Shown here piece by piece: positions 1 through 9,985 of a stretch of 64,000 nt of DNA. Source of the DNA: Phycisphaerae bacterium (GTDB taxonomy: Bacteria > Planctomycetota > Phycisphaerae > UBA1845); the NCBI GenBank assembly GCA_029260215.1, contig JAJDDQ010000039.1, forward strand, positions 48,313 through 112,312, in the 5' to 3' direction. The position numbers were made by a program, and so were the translations under genes. Every line of letters begins with the position of its first letter. Position 1 is the first letter of the stretch. Below the pieces are notes generated by a model, which saw only the letters and a program-made list of their open reading frames with translations, did not search any database and was not told the origin of the DNA.

Positions 1-304
1 TCAAGCGCAACCGAATGCGAAACGGCAAACCGTATGTCAAACGAAGATGGCGACATTCTTCCGGCGTGTAGCGTGCTTTGCCAAGCTCGTAGCTGACATA
101 GTGCATAGACATGTTCCCGTCGTAACTTTCGATCGGGAACGATTCACGCAAAATCCCCTCCAGCCCGTACGGTGAGCGCTCATGCGGCGTTACGTCCTGC
201 TGGAGAAAACGCGCGTAGGCATCCGTCTGCAGAGCGTCGAGCTTGGGAATCGGAATCGTGTCACCAAGCCGGGCGAAACTTCGTACCGTGCGTCCATTCT
301 TCAT
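1..304 (-). CDS. rpoB: DNA-directed RNA polymerase beta subunit, first 101 codons (gene continues past window start)
   Basis: Not in the ORF track because it is open at the window edge. Reverse-strand ATG at 304-302. My translation is MKNGRTVRSFARLGDTIPIPKLDALQTDAYARFLQQD...RESFPIESYDGNMSMHYVSYELGKARYTPEECRHLRLTYGLPFRIRLRL. It shows conserved RpoB N-terminal motifs and lies downstream of rplL, as in rplKAJL-rpoBC clusters. Confidence 0.85.
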   Translation of the reverse strand, partial: MKNGRTVRSFARLGDTIPIPKLDALQTDAYARFLQQDVTPHERSPYGLEGILRESFPIESYDGNMSMHYVSYELGKARYTPEECRHLRLTYGLPFRIRLRL

Positions 305-549
305 GATCTCGATCCTTCACAGCACAACGGGCGCGCAGAAAAAGGCGCGCACATCGCGCGTGGCGATTTTGCTTGTCGCATGGAGGGGACGTGTCAGTCC
401 GCCCAAAGCCATCCGATACACCGGGTGTCCCGACGACCGGCCAACGCATGCACGCCAGCCCGACGGCGACGCAACCTCAAGCCGCGTCGCAACCCGGTCG
501 ATCCCGCTCTGGGAAGACCATCGCAAAGAGCGTGTCCAAAAAGGCCCGT

Positions 550-580
550 CAGAGCCGCGACCGTAAGGGAGCGGTCCGAC
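550..580. repeat. Short copy of repeat family D core (CAGAGCCGCGACCGTAAGGGAGCGGTCCGAC)
   Basis: Near-identical cores occur at 31781-31800, 45982-46015 and 57851-57885. Contains a small hairpin GACCG/CGGTC. Confidence 0.45.
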
Positions 581-651
581 CCTTGTCGGGAAACCTCTGC
601 CTTACGCCAGCGGTCCGGTTCGAAGAACCACCTTCCAAAACACGTACCAGG

Positions 652-692
652 AAAACAAACGCCGACCCAGCCGATTAGCGACTGAGTCGGCG
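652..692 (-). terminator. Rho-independent terminator/attenuator after rplL
   Basis: On the minus strand just after the rplL stop: stem CGCCGAC...GTCGGCG (692-686 / 666-660) with an inner helix, followed by TTTGTTTT (complement of 659-652). The position matches the classic rplL-rpoB attenuator. Confidence 0.6.
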
Positions 693-704
693 CGGAAAAT
701 CGAA

Positions 705-1109
705 CTACTTGATCTCGACCGCAGCGCCAGCCTCTTCCAAGTCCTTCTTGAGCTTGTCGGCGTCGTCCTTGGACAGCCCTTCCTTGACCGTCTTGGGGGC
801 AGCGTCCACCAACTCCTTCGCCTCTTTCAAGCCCAAGCCCGTCGCAGCGCGAACAGCCTTGATAACCTGAATCTTCTTGTCGCCGATCGCAGCCAAAACC
901 ACATCAAACGCGGTCTGCTCTTCCGCGGCAGCACCACCGCCGTCACCGGCAGCCGCAGCCATGACCACACCGCCGCCCGCCGGCTCGATACCGTGGACAT
1001 CCTTCAAACAATCAACCAGATTCTGAGCGTCCTTGACCGTCAAAGCGACAATCTTGTCCGCAATCGCCGTGATATCGGCGCTGAACTCTTTCACCGGTGC
1101 TTCTGCCAT
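705..1109 (-). CDS. rplL: 50S ribosomal protein L7/L12
   Basis: ORF-track protein has the Ala/Gly hinge and C-terminal [24 protein letters not shown]...[11 protein letters not shown] typical of L7/L12. Synteny after rplJ. Confidence 0.97.
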   Translation of the reverse strand: MAEAPVKEFSADITAIADKIVALTVKDAQNLVDCLKDVHGIEPAGGGVVMAAAAGDGGGAAAEEQTAFDVVLAAIGDKKIQVIKAVRAATGLGLKEAKELVDAAPKTVKEGLSKDDADKLKKDLEEAGAAVEIK

Positions 1110-1242
1110 CGCTCACAAACTCCTAGCTATCTCATCAACCGCCAAACCGAAAGGCGACGCTCACACAGCGACGTTTCATCCGCAAAGATGCGGACCTGCC
1201 GATTCAAGTAACGGCCCAAACAAATATCTTCAGTATTCGCGA

Positions 1243-1752
1243 CTACTCGCGTTCCGAAATCGTCTTGACGCAACCAGCCACCCGCGACTGCGGACCGGCA
1301 ATGCAACCAGCGATGGATCGACCCGGCGAGGACATCAACATCGCGATCTCGCCCAACAATTCCGCGCGACCCTTCATCTTCGCAAGATCACTCACCGCCG
1401 TCAGCTCGTCATCACCCGGCAGCAATCCCTGCTTCAACTCAAGCAGCGGGAACATGCCGGCCAACTTCGCAACTTCGCGGGCAACATCGATCAACGAGTC
1501 GCCACCACAAACCACGGCACAGGGACCGCTGAGACCCTGCCCCAGCAACTCCAAAGGGCCGCCCGTGAAAGCGCGGCGAGCCAAGCTGTTCGGAACCACC
1601 ATGACGCGGATGTTCTGCTCCGCGAGGGTGGTACGCACCTTCTGGGTGTCCTGAACGTTGAGTCGCGTAATGTCAACCACCAACGCCTGATCCACACCGT
1701 CAAAACGGGTCTTCAGCGTGTCGGTAACCAATTGTTTCAGTTGCCTGCTCAT
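1243..1752 (-). CDS. rplJ: 50S ribosomal protein L10
   Basis: 169-aa ORF between rplA and rplL. N-terminal region is L10-like (DITRLNVQDTQKVRTTL...VVPNSLARRA). Confidence 0.95.
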   Translation of the reverse strand: MSRQLKQLVTDTLKTRFDGVDQALVVDITRLNVQDTQKVRTTLAEQNIRVMVVPNSLARRAFTGGPLELLGQGLSGPCAVVCGGDSLIDVAREVAKLAGMFPLLELKQGLLPGDDELTAVSDLAKMKGRAELLGEIAMLMSSPGRSIAGCIAGPQSRVAGCVKTISERE

Positions 1753-1783
1753 TTTGCTTCTTCTCGTCTCGAACCTTTGGCCC

Positions 1784-2509
1784 TTAGCTGACCGCCAACA
1801 TCACTGCCGGCGTACACGTGCCGGAAATACACACGCGCTTTACGTACTGACCCTTCGACGCCGGAGGCCTGACACGCATCATTTGCGCAATGACTGCCTC
1901 AATATTCTCTTTCAAGTCCGCCGTCGGAAATCCCATCTTCCCAACCGGAAGGTGAATGTTCCCACCCGAATCGTTGCGGTATTCAAGCTTGCCAGCCGAG
2001 TACTCGCGAACCGCATCCTCGATGTCAGCCGTCACCGTCCCCGCCTTTGGACTGGGCATCTTGCCCTGCGGACCCAGCACACGACCCAATTTGCCGACCT
2101 TGCCCATCAAACTCGGATGAGCAACAGCCACATCGAAATCCATCCAGCCTTTGCTGACCTTGTTGATCAACTCGTCACCACCAGCCTCCACCGCGCCAGC
2201 AGCCTTGGCGGCGTCTGCCAATGAATCATCGCAGAACGCAATGACCCGCTGCTTCTTGCCCGTACCCTTGGGCAGGGAGATCGCACCGCGAATCATCTGG
2301 TCCGCATGCTTGGGATCGATCCCAAGGTGCATCACCAGCTCAACGCTTTGATTGTACTTCTTGCGCTTCTTGCCGTTTTTGTATGTACGGTCGCTGTCAA
2401 CGCTCGCGAACTTCTTCAACCGCTCGATGCCGACCTCAATGTCAACCGGAGTCTTGTGATCCTCGGTGACCTTCAACTGCTTTTCGTAACGCACGCCTCT
2501 TTGGGGCAT
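1784..2509 (-). CDS. rplA: 50S ribosomal protein L1
   Basis: ORF 1784..2542. I place the start at ATG 2509 (MPQRGVRYEKQ..., GGAG about 8 nt upstream), giving 241 aa, a normal L1 length. The 2542 start would leave 6 nt after rplK. Confidence 0.95.
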   Translation of the reverse strand: MPQRGVRYEKQLKVTEDHKTPVDIEVGIERLKKFASVDSDRTYKNGKKRKKYNQSVELVMHLGIDPKHADQMIRGAISLPKGTGKKQRVIAFCDDSLADAAKAAGAVEAGGDELINKVSKGWMDFDVAVAHPSLMGKVGKLGRVLGPQGKMPSPKAGTVTADIEDAVREYSAGKLEYRNDSGGNIHLPVGKMGFPTADLKENIEAVIAQMMRVRPPASKGQYVKRVCISGTCTPAVMLAVS

Positions 2510-2548
2510 AGTCTTTCTCCGCCGGATCATTCGCCCGGCCAATCCAAG

Positions 2549-2974
2549 TCAGTCCGCGACAACAATACCCATCGAACGCGCCGTGCCCGCCACCTGACGC
2601 ATCGCCGCCTCAACACAGGTGGCATTCAGATCGGGCAACTTCGTCTGAGCGATTTCACGAACCTGGTCGGATGTCACCGTGCCGACCTTGTCCTTGTGGG
2701 GTACGCCGCTGCCCTTCTCAACCCCGGCAGCCTTCTTCAGCAACACCGCAGCCGGAGGGCTTTTAACTTCATACGTGAATGAACGATCACCGTAGACCGT
2801 GATGACAACCGTCACCAACATACCGTTCAATTGCGCCGTCGACGCATTGAACTGCTGCACGAACTGACCGATGTTCACCCCGTGCTGACCCAAAGCAGGT
2901 CCAACAGGCGGTGACGGCGTCGCTTGTCCGCCCGGTGCTTGCAGCTTGATGAGGGCTTTGACTTCCTTGGCCAC
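2549..2974 (-). CDS. rplK: 50S ribosomal protein L11
   Basis: [35 protein letters not shown]... is the conserved L11 N-terminus. Synteny after nusG. Confidence 0.97.
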   Translation of the reverse strand: MAKEVKALIKLQAPGGQATPSPPVGPALGQHGVNIGQFVQQFNASTAQLNGMLVTVVITVYGDRSFTYEVKSPPAAVLLKKAAGVEKGSGVPHKDKVGTVTSDQVREIAQTKLPDLNATCVEAAMRQVAGTARSMGIVVAD

Positions 2975-3009
2975 GACAATTCCTCGCTTATTTCATTGAG
3001 ACGGTCGAG

Positions 3010-3615
3010 CTACGTCCGCTCGACCATCCAGTACTCAATTTCAACCGGAGTCGATCGCCCGAACACTTCCAGCACGACCGTGACCATACCGCGACGCTCA
3101 TCGACCGACTCGACCGATCCTTCGAAGTTCTCGAAGCTGCCCTCGGTAATCTTGACCGACTCGCCCTTCTTCAGGTCCAGTCCGCTCAGACCGGGCGCCT
3201 CTTCGGACTTCTCGCAAGCCGCCAGCATGGCAGACACTTCGCCCACCGACATGCGAATCGGCTTGCCCGCCGACGCGATGAAATCACCCACGCCGGAAGA
3301 TTCCTTGATCGTAAACCAGACATCCTCGTGAATCCGGCCATCTTCTTCGGTGGCCATCTCCACAAAAACGTAGCCCGGGTAAAGCTTGCGCTCAGCCACC
3401 CGAACCTGTCCGGCCTTGATACGCCGCTCCTTGACCGTCGGCACAAGCACGCGACCGACGCGATCCTGAAGCCCTTCGATCGCAATTTTGCGCTCAAGCG
3501 TCACCCGAACGCGATCCTCCTTGTTGGAGGCTACGCGAAGCACATACCAGTCCATTCCCGGGCTGGTCGCCGTTGGCGCGTCCGACTGGTCGGTTTTCGG
3601 ATCCGATTCGACCAT
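3010..3615 (-). CDS. nusG: Transcription termination/antitermination factor NusG
   Basis: NGN domain (WYVLRVASNKE...YPGYVFVEM) and C-terminal KOW (GESVKITEGSFENFEGSVESVD). Synteny secE-nusG-rplK. Confidence 0.95.
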   Translation of the reverse strand: MVESDPKTDQSDAPTATSPGMDWYVLRVASNKEDRVRVTLERKIAIEGLQDRVGRVLVPTVKERRIKAGQVRVAERKLYPGYVFVEMATEEDGRIHEDVWFTIKESSGVGDFIASAGKPIRMSVGEVSAMLAACEKSEEAPGLSGLDLKKGESVKITEGSFENFEGSVESVDERRGMVTVVLEVFGRSTPVEIEYWMVERT

Positions 3616-3618
3616 GAA

Positions 3619-4191
3619 TTAACCGGGACCGCCGGTCTCCAGAACACCAATCAGCTTGAAGAACCAGATGAACACAAAATCCGCACTCGCCAACAGACAC
3701 GCCATCAATATGGTCATGCCAATGACGACTTTGGTCGAACCAATCAGCTCACTGCGACTGGACCAGCTCACCTTCTTCATCTCGCCTTCAGTGGCGATCA
3801 GAAAATCACACGACCCTCTATGAACGCCGACAAGCCAGAAAAGCAACAGGCCGGTAGCTACGAGGAAGGCTGTGGGAACCGCATATTGCACCCAGAGCAT
3901 CCACGGCGCATCGCCGGTCAGCACGCCTTCCATGCTGTTGAGAACGAAATTCGCACCACCCAGAATCAAGATGCCACTGCCCACAGATGTCCCCATCCGC
4001 GTGTAGTACCCCTGCCCGGGCTTGTAGATTTCAAAGAACCGCCGCCGCGCAACAGGCTGCTTGCGACTGGCTGTTTCCGATCCGCCCGTTTGAGACACCG
4101 AACGACCTCCCGACTTTCGCGACGATCCGCCCTTACGCTCGAGCGTCGCGATCGAGTCTTTGGCTACCGAGTCAGATTCCGAGTTCGCCAT
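3619..4191 (-). CDS. secE: Preprotein translocase subunit SecE with a long Arg/Ser-rich N-terminal extension and extra TM segments
   Basis: C-terminal part (EMKKVSWSSRSELIGSTKVVIGMTILMACLLASADFVFIWFFKLIG) is SecE-like. Start moved to ATG 4191 because the 4236 start would abut tRNA-Trp. Confidence 0.8.
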   Translation of the reverse strand: MANSESDSVAKDSIATLERKGGSSRKSGGRSVSQTGGSETASRKQPVARRRFFEIYKPGQGYYTRMGTSVGSGILILGGANFVLNSMEGVLTGDAPWMLWVQYAVPTAFLVATGLLLFWLVGVHRGSCDFLIATEGEMKKVSWSSRSELIGSTKVVIGMTILMACLLASADFVFIWFFKLIGVLETGGPG

Positions 4192-4246
4192 CGATTGTTT
4201 CGCTTTCCTGGTGCCACCGCAAACCTGTGAAAACAACTTTTCCCAT

Positions 4247-4319
4247 CAGGAGCGGAGGGACTCGAACCCCCAACCGCCGGTTTTGGAAACCGGTGCTCTG
4301 CCAATTGAGCTACGCTCCT
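4247..4319 (-). tRNA. tRNA-Trp (anticodon CCA)
   Basis: Hand-folded cloverleaf on the minus strand. Acceptor AGGAGCG/CGCUCCU, D arm GCUC/GAGC, anticodon stem CCGGU/ACCGG with loop UUCCAAA, T arm GGGGG-UUCGAGU-CCCUC. CCA is not encoded. Confidence 0.9.
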
Positions 4320-4345
4320 TCCGGCCGGGGGCGATCGACGCTGCG

Positions 4346-4513
4346 CTACTTCCGCTTGATCTTGTGAATCGTGTGTTTGCGCAAACGCCGACTATACTTC
4401 TTCAATTCCAGCTTCGGCACGCCGCCCATCACGTTCACCGACGTACGATAATTCAAATCGCCGGTTTCCTTGCACTGAAGCCAGACATATTCACGTTTTT
4501 GGGCTTTGGCCAT
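4346..4513 (-). CDS. rpmG: 50S ribosomal protein L33
   Basis: Too short for the ORF track. My translation MAKAQKREYVWLQCKETGDLNYRTSVNVMGGVPKLELKKYSRRLRKHTIHKIKRK (55 aa) is L33-like. Classic position between tuf and tRNA-Trp/secE. Confidence 0.9.
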   Translation of the reverse strand: MAKAQKREYVWLQCKETGDLNYRTSVNVMGGVPKLELKKYSRRLRKHTIHKIKRK

Positions 4514-4561
4514 CGCTGAACAACCTTAAATTCAATCCGCCGCAAATCAAGCGGCCAGCAC

Positions 4562-5770
<1,209 letters not shown>

Positions 5771-5967
5771 CGCTCGTTCTATCCTCCACTCGACCTTGTG
5801 GGGTCGCCGTTGATCTTCAGCGCACGCCCGAGTTAAAAACTTGTCCGTCGCGGGCTCTCCGCGCACGCCTGCCAATACTTCTGACTAAACGATTTCTCGT
5901 ATGTCCGCCCCGGAAAAACGTCGAAAAACCGAACATCTTTCCGAAAACAAGACTTCGCTAACTGAAT

Positions 5968-6040
<73 letters not shown>

Positions 6041-6211
6041 GCCCCGGTCATCGCCAGACCCGCGCCGCAGCGACCCTGAATCATGGCAGAAGCCACGTAG
6101 CGCAGCCAGCGGAACGAGTCACCTGACATCGACCACACTAACCGCAAATCCAGTGCCCGCAACGGGTTGGCTCATCACGCTTGCCAAAGCAAGGCTGGCA
6201 AGAGCCGGGCA

Positions 6212-6239
6212 AGTATAGATAGACCCGCCAACCTGTCAA
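6212..6239 (-). promoter_or_regulatory. Sigma70-type promoter for the tRNA-Thr/tuf transcription unit
   Basis: The minus strand reads TTGACA (6239-6234), a 16-nt spacer, then TATACT (6217-6212), about 170 nt upstream of tRNA-Thr. Confidence 0.45.
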
Positions 6240-6447
6240 ACGCCAACACACCGAATTTTGAACCCGATTCAACCCACCCAAACCGAAAAGTCGCCCGCCG
6301 CGAAGCTTGATTTTGGCTTAACCCGTTATAAATAAATGTGTTACAAGCGGAAAACACTCTATCGCACCATCGCCGCTTTCGGTTTGTCATCACGCAAAGC
6401 GTCGCGTATTATACCCGTTTGGTTTCCCCCCTCCGGAGCGCCCCGGT

Positions 6448-8289
6448 TTGATACGTCTGAACAGCGACACTCCGCCCTCATCCACCGCCGTCGCACCCCC
6501 CGTTCAAACGGATCGCCCCGCACCGGCTGCCCCCAGGGAACACCGGCGGCGCGTTTCGGACGAAATTCGCCAAATAACGCATCCAACCGAACCTCGGAAT
6601 GCCGGAAAAAAAGTCAAGACAAAGAAACTCGGACTCCTCGCCCGCGCTGCGATTTCCTTCGCCGTCGGAATCGGCGTTTTCGCTGCGGGAAGATTCGATT
6701 ACCCGACGTCGGCCTCACTCCGCACCAACGGCCCCCCTGCCGACGTTCGCCGCGAATTGCTCGATATCGCATGGCACGCACAGGATGCTGGCGCACTGCA
6801 CCAAAGCTGGCGCGTCGAGAGCGACCCCGCACACAACGGCTTGCTCATGCACCTGCTCACACACGACGGCCAAGCCGCCCGGCAGCAGCTACAGGCATTG
6901 GTGAAAGCCCTTCAGGATCGCCTCGAACAGGCCAACACCACAGCCGAAGTCGAAACGACGGCGGCTGAACGCATCGTCTCCCAGATCGCCGGCGAACTAC
7001 GCGGGCAAATCACCGATATCGAAAAAAACATGGGCGAGGCAACCACCGAGAATACTCCGCCGATTTCGCAGAACCAGGCTGTCACGATGCGCCAAAACGT
7101 GTCCGACCTCTTCGCCAAACTCGAATCGCTCCGGCAAACTGAGTTGGCTGCGGCGGATCGACTGAACGCGCTCGCGGAAGACTCCGTAGAGCCGGCTTTC
7201 GACTTCGCGACGCGGCTGGCTGCCTACCACGAACGCGCTGATTTGCGACAGGACCTCGACGAACTTACGCTGCATCTGGCTGAATCGCGAAGCCAACTGA
7301 TCGGCGTATGGCGAACCTCGTCGCCGCGTCTGGATGCACTGGCCGCCGCGACTGAGAAACTCTCTCAATCGCAATCCGCCGATCAAGCCGCTGGCGCGCC
7401 CGAATCACTTCAGGAGGTAATCGTACAGATAGGCCGGCGTGCGGAACTGTACCGCCGCCGACTGGACACATTCGTCCGCCGATGGTCCGAAACGTTCACA
7501 CGATTGCGAGAAACGACTCCCGACCCCTTTTCCATCGCAGAGATCGACGGGCAAAAACGCCTGCACGAACTCGCTGCCGATTTCCTGCATCACGGCGGCA
7601 AACTCATCGAACAAATGCGCTCCGACGTACGCAGACTGACCGAGAACCCCGACACAGCCCCGCGCTATTTCCGCGTCATCACAGCCCTCAAGAAATCGTT
7701 CCACGAGGTTGAATCGGAACACCAGCAATTCGAATTCGTGGAAGGGGCGATGGTCTTCACCCGCAACAACTTCCGCCTCGATGCCGCACTAAGGTCCGCC
7801 CGCAGATTGGCCGGCCGCGTCAGACGAGCGTGCATCGAGGTTGACGAATCCATCCGGGCCGACCGGCGCGAAAAAGCCCGACTGGAACGCATCGCAGAGC
7901 AAGTGACCATCGACGGCGAAATCCGACGCGTCCGCACGCAGACCTACGCCACAATCGACGAAATCGTCCACGCCGTCGGCCAATGGGACCAGCACATGCT
8001 CGGTGCCAACAGTACGGCACTGGCGGAAGCCCGGCGAGATGCGATGCAGCAGCGACTGGCAGACGCCAAATCACGACTCGAAGGCCGCGAACGTATCCTT
8101 GAAGAAATCACACGTACGCGGGTGGAAAAGCACGCCCAGCGGATGACCGTCGAATGCGTGGCCTGCGTCTCAGAACCAACGCCCGCCAACCTGCAACCGC
8201 GTGCAGCCGCAGCATTTCTGTCCGCCACGCTGACGTTCGCTCTGATGACGTTCGCAGGCGGGCGCGCATCGCGAGCGCGTTGGCAATAG
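6448..8289 (+). CDS. Hypothetical bitopic membrane protein with long helical/coiled-coil region
   Basis: 613-aa ORF with TTG start. Disordered Pro/Arg-rich N-terminus, TM (LGLLARAAISFAVGIGVFAAG), about 480 aa rich in heptad-like A/L/E/R sequence, and a C-terminal TM (AAAFLSATLTFALMTFAGG). The topology recalls Wzz/GumC-type proteins, but no diagnostic motif was recognised. Confidence 0.6.
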   Translation: MIRLNSDTPPSSTAVAPPVQTDRPAPAAPREHRRRVSDEIRQITHPTEPRNAGKKVKTKKLGLLARAAISFAVGIGVFAAGRFDYPTSASLRTNGPPADVRRELLDIAWHAQDAGALHQSWRVESDPAHNGLLMHLLTHDGQAARQQLQALVKALQDRLEQANTTAEVETTAAERIVSQIAGELRGQITDIEKNMGEATTENTPPISQNQAVTMRQNVSDLFAKLESLRQTELAAADRLNALAEDSVEPAFDFATRLAAYHERADLRQDLDELTLHLAESRSQLIGVWRTSSPRLDALAAATEKLSQSQSADQAAGAPESLQEVIVQIGRRAELYRRRLDTFVRRWSETFTRLRETTPDPFSIAEIDGQKRLHELAADFLHHGGKLIEQMRSDVRRLTENPDTAPRYFRVITALKKSFHEVESEHQQFEFVEGAMVFTRNNFRLDAALRSARRLAGRVRRACIEVDESIRADRREKARLERIAEQVTIDGEIRRVRTQTYATIDEIVHAVGQWDQHMLGANSTALAEARRDAMQQRLADAKSRLEGRERILEEITRTRVEKHAQRMTVECVACVSEPTPANLQPRAAAAFLSATLTFALMTFAGGRASRARWQ

Positions 8290-8410
8290 GCAACCCAGAT
8301 TCAGTTATTGATGGTTGACAGGAGGCTGCGATCGACCGGAGAGAACCGGCGCGCAGGCAGAAGCGACGTGCGAGCACCGAAAGAATCGGTTCCGAAGCTC
8401 CTCAGCCGTC

Positions 8411-8548
8411 CTAAGCGATGTTGACGCGGTGTGTACCGCGACGACGCTTGCCGCTGATGATTCTTCGTCCGCCCACCGTGCGCATCCTAGCTCGGAATCC
8501 CTGCTTGCGGGCACGCTTAATCTTGCTGTTTCGCCTTGGGTAATGCAT
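8411..8548 (-). CDS. rpmH: 50S ribosomal protein L34
   Basis: Not in the ORF track. My translation MHYPRRNSKIKRARKQGFRARMRTVGGRRIISGKRRRGTHRVNIA (45 aa) has the L34 signature (..KR...HGFRARM.T..GR.....RR.KGR). Confidence 0.9.
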   Translation of the reverse strand: MHYPRRNSKIKRARKQGFRARMRTVGGRRIISGKRRRGTHRVNIA

Positions 8549-8879
8549 GAGTCCGTACGATCATCAAAATCGGTTAAATCAATCGTCAATCGCTCGATCG
8601 ACGCGAAGTCGCGGGAGTCTACCGGGTGCCGCAGGATCATGCAACCCGCCCGCCAACCAATGTCGATATCTCGCATGCAGGTCCGATCATCCTGAATTCC
8701 GGGAGAGATTCGGTCGATAATCTGGTAAGATGATGTGCTGAGGTTGGTCGTCTGCGATACGGAAAAATCGTAACCGATTGCAGAATAATGGCTTACGCCA
8801 AAAACCGGCCGATGCCGAGCGTCGCCTTGCGGGTTGAACCACGAAGCGACGATCGCCATCGGCCCGTCGAGGTCGACGG

Positions 8880-9653
8880 GTGATTGATTCCCAGGCGCTT
8901 GATCGCGCGCAAGAAATTATTGGCTACACATTTCGGGACCGCACGCTTCTTACCAAGGCGCTCACGCACGCCTCGGTCGCGGATTCCCGCTTGGCCAGCA
9001 ACGAACGCCTCGAATTCCTGGGCGATTCCGTGCTGGGGGTTGTGGTGTGCGCGGCGCTCTTCGAGCAGTTTCCAGAATTCCTCGAAGGCGATTTGACCAA
9101 GCTCAAGTCCGTGGTCGTGTCGCGCAAGACCTGTGCCGAGATGGCCGACCTCCTGGGCCTGACCGATTTCCTCATCCTGGGCAAGGGCATGAACAACCAC
9201 CCGCACATTCCGATGTCGCTGCGGGCAGCCGTGTTCGAGTCCATCGTCGGTGCTATTTTTCTGGACGGCGGCTTTGAACCAGTCAGAGATTTCATTCTCA
9301 AACAGGCCAACCCGTTCATCGACGAGACCGCGAACTCAGGCCACGAGCAAAACCACAAGTCCATGCTGCAACAGCACGTCCAGAAAAGCCTGGCCTGCAC
9401 GCCGCATTACATCCAGCTCGACGAGCAAGGCCCCGATCACAGCAAGTGTTTCGAAATGTGTGTGAGCATCAGCAGCCGCCGCTTCCCCGCAGCCTGGGGG
9501 CCGAGCAAAAAAGAGGCAGAGCAAAAAGCAGCCCACAACGCGCTGCAGCAGCTACTAGCTGAAGATAAGCTCACAGACAACGCAGAAGAAGACCACGACG
9601 GCGACTTGTCCACCTCAATCGACGGAAACGGACGATCAGAACCGCGCCCCTGA
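8880..9653 (+). CDS. rnc: Ribonuclease III
   Basis: RNase III signature NERLEFLGDSVLG, a second acidic cluster (ESIVGAIFLDGG) and a C-terminal dsRBD (GPDHSKCFEMCVSI...GPSKKEAEQKAAHNAL). GTG start. Confidence 0.95.
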   Translation: MIDSQALDRAQEIIGYTFRDRTLLTKALTHASVADSRLASNERLEFLGDSVLGVVVCAALFEQFPEFLEGDLTKLKSVVVSRKTCAEMADLLGLTDFLILGKGMNNHPHIPMSLRAAVFESIVGAIFLDGGFEPVRDFILKQANPFIDETANSGHEQNHKSMLQQHVQKSLACTPHYIQLDEQGPDHSKCFEMCVSISSRRFPAAWGPSKKEAEQKAAHNALQQLLAEDKLTDNAEEDHDGDLSTSIDGNGRSEPRP

Positions 9654-9694
9654 GTGCGACCAAGACCGAAGCACGAAGGGAGCGGGGGACCGCC
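9652..9694. repeat. Repeat family D, partial copy
   Basis: GAGTGCGACCAAGACCGAAGCACGAAGGGAGCGGGGGACCGCC parallels 31797-31837. Confidence 0.45.
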
Positions 9695-9722
9695 AAACCG
9701 CAGGCCGCAGCCTTTCACGCTC

Positions 9723-9978
9723 GTAACAGATCAACCATGTGCAATACGTGCGCATCTTCTGCCCCTTCCTTCCGACAGGGAGCGTTATTTTCCCCCCTTG
9801 CAAAGGGGGGATACAGGGGGGTTCGGAACAAAGTAACGCCTTGCATTGCAGAAAGAACCTCCCCCGGCCCCTCCTTCTAAAGGAGGGGAGGAAGAGGGCG
9901 ACCGTTGCGTTTGCACGAGAAACCTTTGCCCGCGCAGTGTTCCTTGTCATCCGACACGGTATATGGCTAACCTGTTGC
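9723..9978. mobile_element. MITE-like nonautonomous element (family A, copy 1)
   Basis: Ends are TAACAGATCAAC (9724-9735) and its imperfect inverse GCTAACCTGTTG (9966-9977). The interior has two perfect hairpins, CCCCCCTTGCAAAGGGGGG and CCCCTCCTTCTAAAGGAGGGG. About 85% identical to 58021-58256 (inverted) and partly to 51703-51875. No coding capacity. Confidence 0.6.
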
Positions 9979-9985
9979 TCACGTC

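Noticed and set aside
6300-6345. Plus-strand promoter-like TTGATT ... TATAAA upstream of the 6448 gene.
   Set aside because: The spacer is only 14 nt for the best -10 hexamer, and alternative registers have poor -10 matches. It is too weak to report as a feature.
8305-8859. 184-aa ORF on the minus strand.
   Set aside because: It overlaps the clearly real rpmH (8411-8548) in a different frame and would have to span it completely. No motif was recognised. It is kept only as a remark under the rpmH finding.
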